Part shown: positions 1-12,091 of the stretch, piece by piece
Numbering within the stretch: the first letter of the stretch is position 1
Layout: each line of letters starts with the position of its first letter
Source of the DNA: an uncultured beta proteobacterium
Lineage (GTDB): Bacteria > Pseudomonadota > Gammaproteobacteria > Burkholderiales > Burkholderiaceae_C
Direction: 5' to 3'
NCBI GenBank assembly: GCA_963717575.1
Contig: CAVQWK010000034.1
Span: forward strand, 30,300-94,299
DNA length: 64,000 nucleotides
The notes under the pieces: generated by a model
The model's database searches: none
Told to the model about the DNA's origin: nothing
Seen by the model: only the letters and a program-made list of their open reading frames with translations
Made by a program: the position numbers and the translations under genes

Positions 1-114
1 GCCCTCGGCGGCGAGGCGGCTGAAGGCCGTGCGCGCCGCGGCGGCGTCACCGCGGCGCAGGCTGGCAATGGCGCTGTCGGCCAGCGCCTGTGATTCACGG
101 CTGGAAAGGGGCAC
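1..114 (-). CDS. 5' end of a hypothetical (possibly TPR-like) protein running off the window
   Basis: Manual translation from GTG at 114: VPLSSRESQALADSAIASLRRGDAAAARTAF..., open to position 1; lies just downstream of the ABC ATPase on the same strand. Confidence 0.4.
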   Translation of the reverse strand, partial: MPLSSRESQALADSAIASLRRGDAAAARTAFSRLAAEG

Positions 115-139
115 GAGACGCTTCCTCCGGTCGCAGCGG

Positions 140-2062
<1,923 letters not shown>

Positions 2063-2064
2063 GT

Positions 2065-3517
2065 TCAGGATCCCTTGTGCTGGGCCAGCGGCCGTCGCCG
2101 CGCGCGGAAGACGCGTGCGCGCGGGTCGAAGGCGTCACGCACGCCGTCGGCGAACAGGTTGGCCGCCAGCACCACGGTGACCATGAAGCCGAAGGCGGCG
2201 GCGAAGCTCCACCACACCACGGGGTCGCGGCTCATCTCGTTGCGCGCGAGGTTGATCATGCCGCCGAAGCTGTTCATCGAAGGGTCCACGCCCACGCCCA
2301 CGTACGAGAGCACCGCCTCGTAGAGGATCAGTGACGAGAATTCCAGCACGGTGACGATGAGCATCAGGTGCGCGACGTTGGGGAATATGTGGCGCAGCAT
2401 GATGCGGCCGTGCCCGACGCCGAAGGCACTGGCGGCCTGCACGTACTCCAGCTCGCGCAGCTTCAAGGTCTCGCCGCGCAGCAGCCGGCACAGGCCGGCC
2501 CAACCCGTGAGCCCGAGCACGGCGCAAAGCAGGAAGAGCTTGACATCGGCCCGCTCGGCACCGGTCTCGAAGAGGTCGGGGTTCTTGTCCAGGAACACCT
2601 GCACCATCAACACGCAGGCCGCGATCAGCAGCACGTTGGGCACCGACGACAGGACGGTGTAGAGGTACTGGATGGCCTCGTCGACCCAGCCCTTGAAGTA
2701 GCCCGCCAGCAGCCCCAGCACCACCGCCAGCGGCAGCGTGGCCACGGTGGCCAGCGTGCCGATGACGAAGGCCGTGCGGATGCTCTTGAGCGACTGGTAG
2801 AGCACGTCGTTGCCGGTGAGGTCGGTGCCCAGCAGGTGGTACGGGCCCGACAGCGCGGTGGCCGGACCAGCCAGCAGGCACAGCACCCACACCGTGGCCA
2901 GCGCCGCCAGCCAGGGCACGGCGCCCTCACGGCGGCGGATGCGCTGCCAGGTCTGCCCCAGCGGCGAGCCGCCGGGCGCGAGCAATCAGCGCCACCAGCA
3001 GCACGCTCAGCACCACGGCCGCCGCGGCGCCCCAGGCCAGGCCGCCGGCGGCTCGCACGGCGATGTCGCCCGCCCACTGAGCCTGCGGGTCCTCGAGGTG
3101 GGAACCGCCGTAGACGAGGCGCGGCGCCACGCGCCTGACTTCGCCGTTCACCGTCATCGACTCCTTGGTGAAACCGAGGTAGGACAGCGGACGCGAGTAG
3201 GTCGCCTCGCGCGACTGCACCAGGTCCTGCAGCACCGCGTCGAGCACCGACTTCGTGCGCGTGTCGTAGGCCGGCGCCGCGCCGGGCGCACCCGCCGCCG
3301 GCGGCAGCAACGGGCGGTAGTGCACGCTGTCGATCAGCGTGACGCCCAGGCACAGGACCAGGATCAGCGACGAGCACAGCGCCGGGGCGTCGTGGAAGAC
3401 CTTGCGCCAGTTGGCAGCCAGTTGCGGCCGCCGAATCACCATCACGGCGTAGGCCGCCAGGGCCGCCACCAGCAGCCAGATGGCGGCGTCGGTCCACAGC
3501 AATACGAACTTGGGCAT
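2065..3517 (-). CDS. Peptide ABC transporter permease (DppC/OppC-like), frameshifted near 2960-2985
   Basis: N-part in ORF 2927-3517 (MPKFVLLWTD); C-part in ORF 2065-2985 with HLLGTDLTGNDV, EAA-like YVQAASAFG and C-terminal NLFADGVRDAFDPR. Confidence 0.88.
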
Positions 3518-3519
3518 CG

Positions 3520-3612
3520 CGTGCGGTCCTCAGTCCGGCGCCGGGCCGCCCCAAGCCGGACTGCGCCCCTTGGGGGGCAGCGAAGGCGCGAAGCGACAAG
3601 CAGGGGGGTCAT
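3520..3612. repeat. Intergenic palindromic element between the two permease genes
   Basis: Contains GCCGGGCCGCCCCAAG and a GCCCC-TTG-GGGGC hairpin; starts at the ATGA overlapping the upstream permease stop. Confidence 0.5.
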
Positions 3613-4592
3613 GACAGCCGTACCCGGGGGTCGACCCAGGTGTAGGCGACGTCGATCAGCACGTAGGTCGCGATGTACAGCAGCGAGCCCAGGAAGACCA
3701 TCGTGCGCACGATGGCGAAGTCCTGCTTGCCGATCGCCTCGATGACGTAGGCGCCCAGGCCGGGCAGGCCGAAGAAGCTCTCGAACACCAGGCTGCCCAG
3801 GAAGACATAGGGCAGGTAGCTGCCGGCGCTGGTGATGATGGGGATGAGCGCATTGCGCAGCACATGGCCGTAGAGCACGGCGCTCTCGGCCAGCCCCTTG
3901 GCGCGCGCGGTGCGCACGTAGTCCTTGCCGATCTCCTCCAGGAACATCGCCCGGTACAGCCGCGCCTCGCCGCCCAGCCGCGCCAGCAGGCTCAGGGCGA
4001 TGGGCAGGACGAGGAATTTCGCCGCGTCCAGCCCCGGCGCATAACCCGAGATCGGCGCCAGCTTGAGCACGCGCGAGAACAGGTACTGGCCGACGATGAT
4101 GTAGAACAGGCTGCTGATCGACAGCATCAGCACGCAGCTGACGACGCCCCAGAAGTCCAGCCGCGAGTTGCGGAACATCACCAGCAGCAGCGCGAAGGCC
4201 GTGCTCGCAATGACCTGCAACACGAACAGCGGCAGCGCCATCTGCAGGCTGACCCACATGCGCGACGCCACTTCGTGGCCGATGTCGCCGGCGCTCTCCG
4301 AGTCGGCGCGGCCGAACTTCATCGCGAACAGCGACACCGAACGCTCCCAGAAGATGGTCTCGGTGACCTTCTCGCTGCCCTCGCGCTTGGCGTCGAAGTA
4401 CAACGGCTTGTCGTAGCCGCGCTCGACCTTCCACTTCTCGATGGCTTCCTGCGTCACGCGCTTGCCGCCGAGGTTCAGCCGCGCCATGTCGTCGGGCGTG
4501 TTGACGGTGAAGAACAGCATGAAGGTCAGCAGGTTGACCCCGAGCAGGATCAGCACGCCGTAGGCGATGCGGCGCGCGACGAAGTTCATCAT
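3609..4592 (-). CDS. Peptide ABC transporter permease (DppB/OppB-like)
   Basis: Hydrophobic; DYVRTARAKGL EAA motif, HVLRNALIP, C-terminal WVDPRVRL. Confidence 0.95.
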   Translation of the reverse strand: MMNFVARRIAYGVLILLGVNLLTFMLFFTVNTPDDMARLNLGGKRVTQEAIEKWKVERGYDKPLYFDAKREGSEKVTETIFWERSVSLFAMKFGRADSESAGDIGHEVASRMWVSLQMALPLFVLQVIASTAFALLLVMFRNSRLDFWGVVSCVLMLSISSLFYIIVGQYLFSRVLKLAPISGYAPGLDAAKFLVLPIALSLLARLGGEARLYRAMFLEEIGKDYVRTARAKGLAESAVLYGHVLRNALIPIITSAGSYLPYVFLGSLVFESFFGLPGLGAYVIEAIGKQDFAIVRTMVFLGSLLYIATYVLIDVAYTWVDPRVRLS

Positions 4593-4751
4593 GGGCGGCC
4601 CCCCTGGCCCGGCCTGTGCCGGCCGCTCACTGGTCTACCCTTCGCGCTGTGCGCTCCGGGATGAGCGCTTTGGAGCGGCCATGCGCGCTCACTGGAGTAC
4701 CTTCGTGCTGCGCACTCCGGTATTCGCCTTCGGGCGGCCGGGCGGGCTCAC
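4589..4751 (-). repeat. Tandem short elements forming three (G/A)TGA-coupled mini-ORFs
   Basis: Mini-ORFs 4751-4689, 4692-4627 and 4630-4589, each starting GTGAGC; the first is nearly identical to 49402-49454. Confidence 0.8.
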
Positions 4752-7021
4752 GCCAGCACCTCGCCGCGCGCGTTGGTGCGCTCGCGCCGGCGCAGGTGGC
4801 GGCGCGCCACCCACACCAGGGCCAGCGCCAGCGCACCCAGGCCGATCAGCGGCCACCACACCGGTCGGTTCCATTCCCGCTGCTTCGCCACGCGCTGGTC
4901 CGCGTCCAGACGCAGGAAGCGCCCCTGGTCGCGCACCAGGATCGCGGGCTTGCTGTTGTGGACCCACTGTTGCACGGCGGCCGAGGCGTAGGGGAAGAAG
5001 CCCATCGTCCAGGGCGCGTCCTCGCGCACGATGCGCACCATGTCGTCGATGAGCTGCTGCTTCTCGGGCCCGTCGTCGAGCGACTTCATGCGCTCGAACA
5101 GGCGGTCGTATTCGGCGCTGTCGTAGTTGGAGGTGTTCTCGCCGTCGAACTTGGTCTTGCCGGCCTTGCTGTAGAGCAGGAACATGAAGTTCTCGGCGTC
5201 GGGGTAGTCGGCGTTCCAGCCCAGCCAGAACACCTGGTACTTGCCCTTGCGCACCTTGTCCTGGAACTGGTTGTTGTCGGTGGCACGCACCTCGAGCTGG
5301 ATGTCGATCTTGGCGAACTGGCGCACCACCCAGTCGATCTCGGGCTTGCGCTCGGGCGTCGCCGGGGCGTAGAAGTCGTAGTTGAGCACCAGGGGCCGGC
5401 CGCTGCGGGCGTCGCGCCCGTTCGGGTAGCCGGCCTCGACCATCAGCTGCTTGGCCTCGGCGATCGCGCGCCGCACGACCTTGCCGTCCACGACCTTGTG
5501 GGTCACCGGGTTGACGCCTTCCAGCGTGCCCTCGCGCGAGCCGAAGATGCCCGGCGGCAGCGGGCTCATCGCCGTGTCGCCGGCCTTCTTCGGGAAGACC
5601 TTCGCGTACTCCTCCCAGTCGATGGCGATGCTGATGGCCTGACGCAGCTTGCGGTTGCGCGCCTTCATCTCGGGCGTCTCGCCGTCGCCGATGACCGGGT
5701 CGAGCATGTTGAAGCCGATGAAATAGCTGTTGACGTCGGAGAATTGTTCGAGCCGGAAGCCCTTGTCCAGGTATTCGCGGCGCACCTCCTCGCTGTCCTG
5801 CATGTCGACCACGTAGTCCTTGCCGGTATCGGTGCGCTCGAAGATCTGAACGTCGAAGTAACCCTGGCGGAACTTGCCGCGCATCGGTACCGCTTCGCGC
5901 TCGATCACCGACACCAGGCGGTCGATGAAGGGCGTGGGCTTGCCGCAGTCGTCCAGCAGGCCGGCTTCCTTGTCGCCGGGCATGCCCTCGCAGGGATAGG
6001 GCTCGCCGCGGTAGTTGGGGTTGCGCTGCAGCACATGGCGGCGGTCCTTGACGAACTCGACCATCATGTACGGGCCCGTGCCCACCGGCCAGGTGTCGAG
6101 CGTGAGGCCGCGCTCGGCCATGCCGGGCTGGGCGTAGAAGGCATCGGCCTCCCAGGGCACCGGCGCCAGGAAGGTCATCTGCATCCAGTAGCTCCACTGC
6201 GGGTACTTGCCCTTGATGCGCACGCGCAGCAGGTGCTTTTCGGGCGCCGAGGCGCCGGCCAGCGGCCAGCGGCGGAAGTCGAGGAAGGGCTTGTCCAGGC
6301 TCGCCGGGTCCAGGCCCTGCCGCAGCGTGGCGTCTTCCTTCCTGATCAGCTCGCCGTACTCGCGCAGGCCGACCACGTACTCGGCAAAGGTGCTGAAGAT
6401 CGGCGTCGTGATGCGCGTGGTGGCGTGGCGCTTGAGCGCGTAGACGAAGTCGTCGGCCACCAGCTCGCGCGTGCCCTGGTGCTCGAACTCCAGCGGGCTG
6501 CGCCGCGGCCCCAGTTCACCCGGCTGCATGGCGTGGTAGCGGTGGCGGCCCTGCTCGTCCTTGGCAAAGGCCGGGTGCGGCTGGAACAGGATGCCGGGCT
6601 TGATGGGCACGTCGTAGACGCTCTCGGCCACGGCCTCGGCGGGTGCGTCGTCGGGCAGCGGCTGGCCGTTCTTGTCGATGTAGCGCGGCTTGGCGACCTC
6701 GCGCGCCGACTTGGGCACCAGCTGGAAGGGCCGCTTCAGGTAGTGGTAGCCGTAGGGCGGTTCGTAGATCTGGTAGGTGTAGGGCGTGTCGTTGGACCAG
6801 TAAGAGGCCGTCGGGTCGAGGTGGCGCGGCGAGCTTTCGGTGACCGCGCTGAAGAGCGTGTTCGACGCCGCGGCGTCGTGCGGCCAGGGGTTGTTGTTGC
6901 AGCCCGCGGCCAGCACGACGGCCGCGCCGGCCAGCAGCCGTGCCGCCGCCCGCCGCGCCACGGCCACCCCGCGGGCAAGGCTCGTCGACCAGGAAGCCGA
7001 AGTCAGGTCCAGCGCCACCAT
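4748..7021 (-). CDS. Peptide ABC transporter substrate-binding lipoprotein (family 5)
   Basis: Lipobox LAAGC, PRHLDP, PVGTGPY and GWNADYPDAENF motifs; start placed at the ATG overlapping the ldcA stop (TGATG). Confidence 0.9.
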   Translation of the reverse strand: MVALDLTSASWSTSLARGVAVARRAAARLLAGAAVVLAAGCNNNPWPHDAAASNTLFSAVTESSPRHLDPTASYWSNDTPYTYQIYEPPYGYHYLKRPFQLVPKSAREVAKPRYIDKNGQPLPDDAPAEAVAESVYDVPIKPGILFQPHPAFAKDEQGRHRYHAMQPGELGPRRSPLEFEHQGTRELVADDFVYALKRHATTRITTPIFSTFAEYVVGLREYGELIRKEDATLRQGLDPASLDKPFLDFRRWPLAGASAPEKHLLRVRIKGKYPQWSYWMQMTFLAPVPWEADAFYAQPGMAERGLTLDTWPVGTGPYMMVEFVKDRRHVLQRNPNYRGEPYPCEGMPGDKEAGLLDDCGKPTPFIDRLVSVIEREAVPMRGKFRQGYFDVQIFERTDTGKDYVVDMQDSEEVRREYLDKGFRLEQFSDVNSYFIGFNMLDPVIGDGETPEMKARNRKLRQAISIAIDWEEYAKVFPKKAGDTAMSPLPPGIFGSREGTLEGVNPVTHKVVDGKVVRRAIAEAKQLMVEAGYPNGRDARSGRPLVLNYDFYAPATPERKPEIDWVVRQFAKIDIQLEVRATDNNQFQDKVRKGKYQVFWLGWNADYPDAENFMFLLYSKAGKTKFDGENTSNYDSAEYDRLFERMKSLDDGPEKQQLIDDMVRIVREDAPWTMGFFPYASAAVQQWVHNSKPAILVRDQGRFLRLDADQRVAKQREWNRPVWWPLIGLGALALALVWVARRHLRRRERTNARGEVLA

Positions 7022-7923
7022 CACCATCCGATCAACACGTTGCGGCCCTCGACCAGCAGTTGCACCCTGCGCCCCACCGGCAGCGTCACCTTGGGTTGCA
7101 CATGGCCGAAGGGCAGACCGGTGAGTATGGGGGTGCGCGTCACCGAGCGCAGCAGCGCCAACACCGATCTTCATGCCGTAGCCACGGTCCAGCGGTGACG
7201 GCTTCCAGCCGCTGAAGGCGCCCAGCACGATCGCCTTCTGCCGCGCCAGCACGCCTGCCTGGTGCAGCTGCAGCAGCAGCCGTTCGACGCGGTAGGGGTG
7301 CTCGTTGACATCCTCCAGGAACAGGATGCCGCCCTTGACCACGGGCCAGTGCGGCGTGCCCAGCATCGAGCACAGTCATCGTCAGGTTGCCGCCCCAGAG
7401 CAGCCCCTTCACGCCGAGGCCGTCGAAGCCCGGCTCGGTGCGGAAGCCCACCGCTTCCAGATCGCCGGCCATGGCCTCGACGAAGCAGTCGCGCGTGACC
7501 TCGTCGACGCCGCCGGCTTCGTCGGCACGGCCGAAGTCGTCCAGCGCCATCGGCCCCGCCCAGCTGCCGCACGCCGGTGTGCGCGAGCAGGCCCAAATGC
7601 AGCGCCGTGATGTCGCTGTGGCCGACCCAGCGCGTGCCGTGCTCGATGCTGCGCGCGAGCCGCTTCCAGCGCACGCGGTCGAGCAGCCGCGTCAAGCCGT
7701 AGCCGCCGCGGGTGGCCATGGCGATGGACGGCGCCTGTTCGGCCACGCGGTGCAGGGCCGCCAGGCGCGTCTCGTCGTCGCCGCCGAAGCGCTGGTGGCG
7801 TGCCAACGCGCTGTCATCGAGCTGCACTTCGAAGCCGAGCGCACGCAGCCGGCGCATCGCCAGTCGCAGCGGCGCGGCGCGCGGCACCACCCCGGCAGGC
7901 GTGAGGAGCTTGAGGAGGGTCAT
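7021..7923 (-). CDS. ldcA: LD-carboxypeptidase (muramoyltetrapeptide carboxypeptidase, S66), about 3 frameshifts
   Basis: Motifs spread over frames: ATRGGYG, WVGHSDIT (catalytic Ser), WGGNL, LFLEDVNEHPYRVER (Glu), LPFGH (His); stop at 7021. Confidence 0.88.
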
Positions 7924-7931
7924 CTGTGCCT

Positions 7932-8945
<1,014 letters not shown>

Positions 8946-9122
8946 CTACGGCCGCGCCGCGACGCTTCATGCCGGCGCCGTGGAAGTCCTTGCTCAATGG
9001 GGTCCCTTGCATCGCGTTGCGGTGGGTTGCTGCCTGAGTGCTTGCGGCCCGCATTCTGCCTGCGCCGCGCCGACGGGACGGCGGGTGGCTCATCGGGTCC
9101 GGTGGTCGGAGAAGATCGGGAC

Positions 9123-10010
9123 TCAGGCCAGCCGCAGCGCCACGATGCCGCCGACGATGACCGCGGTGCCGACGGCACGCTGCAATCCGAAGTGCTCCTT
9201 CAGCAGCCAGGTGCCCAGCACGGCGGCGAACAGCACCGAGGTCTCGCGCAACGCTGCCACGCTGGCCACCGGCGCCTTCGTCATCGCCCACAGCGCGATC
9301 GCATACGACCCGATCGACGCGCTGCCGCCCAGCGCCGCCAGCGGCCAGCGGCGACGGGCGTAGGCCAGGATCGCACGCCGGCCGGACGCACCGCGGCGGG
9401 CCCACACCAGCGCCGGGTAGGGCACGCCGTCGAGCACGAACAGCAGCATCACGTAGGCAGCGGCACCGTGGCCACCGGCGACGGTGGCACGCACGCCCTG
9501 CCCGTCGACGAAGGTGTAGGCGGCGATGATCAGTGCGTTGGCCAGCGCATAGGCCAGCGCGGTGCGGTGGTGCAGGGCCTCGCCCGGGTGCGACAGGCCC
9601 ACCAGCGCCACGCCGGCGGTGATGCCGACGATCCCGACCCAGGCCATCGGCGTCGGCGCCTCGCCCAGCACGAGCCCGCTGCCCAGCGCCACCAGGAGCG
9701 GCGCGCTGCCGCGCATGATCGGGTAGGTCAGCCCCAGGTCGCCGTGCCGGTAGGCGCCGGCCAGCGCGAAGTAGTAGCCGACGTGGATCACCACCGATGC
9801 AGCGATGTACGGCGCAGCGGAGGGTGGCGGCAGCCCGACCAGCAGCACGAGCGGCAGCGCGACCAGCGCGCCAAGGAAGTGCACCAGAGCGGTGTCGAGT
9901 TCCTTGTCGCCGCTGGACTTGACGAGCGCATTCCACGCGGCGTGCAGCACGGCGCCCAGCAGCACCGCCAGCACCACCGGCCAGGTCAGGCTCATCGAAG
10001 TCACGGGCAT
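9123..10010 (-). CDS. EamA/DMT family transporter
   Basis: LHAAWNALVK, GDLGLTYPIMRG, VAALRETSVLFA; about 10 TM segments. Confidence 0.92.
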   Translation of the reverse strand: MPVTSMSLTWPVVLAVLLGAVLHAAWNALVKSSGDKELDTALVHFLGALVALPLVLLVGLPPPSAAPYIAASVVIHVGYYFALAGAYRHGDLGLTYPIMRGSAPLLVALGSGLVLGEAPTPMAWVGIVGITAGVALVGLSHPGEALHHRTALAYALANALIIAAYTFVDGQGVRATVAGGHGAAAYVMLLFVLDGVPYPALVWARRGASGRRAILAYARRRWPLAALGGSASIGSYAIALWAMTKAPVASVAALRETSVLFAAVLGTWLLKEHFGLQRAVGTAVIVGGIVALRLA

Positions 10011-10101
10011 CGCGACAGCCTCTCGGTGCGTTCGGCGGGCCGGCCGTGGCCCCGCCGGCGGCGGTCGTTGACGACACGCGGACCATTCGCGGCGCGCCGC
10101 A

Positions 10102-12091
10102 TCACGACACCCCCGCGTCGGGCGCCGGAGTCAGGCGCTCCAGCAAGCCACTGGCCCGCCGTGTGCGCTGCGCCAGGGCCGCGATGAGGGTCTGCGCGCC
10201 GGGGGTGACCAGCGTGAAGGACCGGCGGGCACGGGTGACGCCGGTGTAGACCAGCTCGCGGGTCAACAGCGGGCCGGACTGCGGCGGCAGCACGAGCACC
10301 GCGTGCTCGAACTCCGAGCCCTGGCTCTTGTGCACCGTCATCGCATAGGCGGTCTCGACATGCGCCAGGCGGCTGACCGCCACCGAATGCACCTTGTCGC
10401 TGCCCGGAAAATACGCGCGCAGCGGCGCAGCGGGGGTGGCCGACCGCAGCACGATGCCGACGTCGCCATTGAACACGCCCAGCGCGGGGTCGTTGCGCGT
10501 CGCCATCACGGGCCGGCCTTCGTACCATTCGCCGCGCTGCGTCAGCAAGCCGGCCGCGACCAGGGCGCGTTCGATGGCCATGTTCAGGCCCGCGGCGCCC
10601 CACTCGCCCTCGCGCAGCGCGCACAGCACGCGGAAGCGGTCGTAGGCGTCGAGCACGGTGCGCACCCAGGCCTCGAAGTCCGCCGGGTCGCTGCCGGCCG
10701 GGCCGCCGCGGATCGCCCGCAGGTAGGTGCCGTAGCCGCCCTCGGTGCCGGCACGACCGGCCAGCGACAGTCGCACCAGGGCCGCCGGCGTCGCCGCATC
10801 CAGCCAGTGCAAGTCCGGCCCCGGCGCCTCGCGCAACAAGCCCAGTGCAGTGGTCGCGTCGCCGCGGTTGACGGCCGCTGCCAACTCGCCGATCGGGCCG
10901 CTGAACCGGTGGCTCTCGCGCAGCACCACCGTTTGCTGCGCCAGCGGTGGACCCGCGGGCCCCTGCGCCGTGGGGATGTCCTGCCCGCTCACCGCCAGGA
11001 CGAAGGCTGCGGTCGCTGCGCCGTAGCGACCCTGCTCGGCCTGCGCGACACAGTTCACCCAGCACGGCGCCGGCTTCGACCGAGGCGAGCTGGTCCTTGT
11101 CGCCGAGGAGGATCACACGGGCCCGCGGCGGCAGCGCATCCAGCAGCGCGGCCATCATCTCCAGGTGGACCATCGAGGCCTCGTCGACGACCACCACGTC
11201 CACCGCCAGCGGGTGGGCGGCATCGTTGCGGAACCGGCGTGTGTCGGGGCGCGCACCCAGCAGGGCATGCAGCGTGCGCGCCGGGCCGATGCGCTTGGCG
11301 AGATCCTGCAGCGGCAGTGCGTCACCCAGGCGCGGGAGCAGGCTCGCCAACGCGATGTCGACCGACCGCTTCAGTCGCGCCGCGGCCTTGCCCGTGGGCG
11401 CGGCAAGCGCCACGCGCAAGCGCTCCGGCGCCGGATCGACGGCATACAGCAGTGCCAGCAGCCGCGCTGCGGTGGTGGTCTTGCCGGTGCCCGGGCCGCC
11501 GGTGACGATCGTCAGCCGACCCCGCAAAGCCAGGGCGCAAGCCACCTTCTGCCAGTTCGGTCCGGGCGTGTCCTCTGGCGCAAAGAGGAGGTCCAGCCAG
11601 CGTCGGGCAGCGAGTTCGTCCACCGCGTCCGGCACCGCGGTGCGCCGCAGCACCTGCGTCGCCACGCGCTGCTCGAAGCGCCAGTAGCGGCGCAGGTAGA
11701 GCCGCTTGCCACGCAGCACGAGGGGGGTTTCACCCCTCGCGGCGGGGTCGGTGCCGGGCGGTCCGTCCACCTGGACCAAGGGGCTGGCGTGCAGCGCGGC
11801 GAGCCAGTCCGCAAGGCTCGTGGGCAGGGCCGACACCAGCACCTGCCACGCGTCGTGGGCGTCTGCCGGCCAGTCCAGCAGGGCGCCGGCATCGTCCAGC
11901 AGTTCGTCAAGGGGCAGACAGCTGTGTCCGCGCCCTTCCATGTGCGCCACCATCGCCGCAGCCAGCACGACGGGCGCCGTCGTGGCGGGGCAAAGCTCGA
12001 GCGCGAAGCGGGCGAAGGCGGCGTCCAGGCGACGCAACCAGCCGGCCTCGCTCCAGGCCAGCAGCGTGGGCAGCACCTGGTCCCCGGTCAT
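10102..12091 (-). CDS. recD: Exodeoxyribonuclease V alpha subunit, frameshift near 11050
   Basis: LYLRRYW, GGPGTGKTT, VVDEASMV, LGDKDQLASVEAG, then FNGDVG, AMTVHKSQGSEF, ELVYTGVTRAR. Confidence 0.95.

Noticed and set aside
4589-4751. CRISPR array
   Set aside because: Units are divergent, only three, with no identical repeat/unique spacer pattern and no cas genes
4748-7366. Apparent LdcA-SBP fusion (872-aa ORF)
   Set aside because: Produced by a frameshift near 7168; the real LdcA C-terminus (LPFGH...LIGW*) is in another frame and stops at 7021
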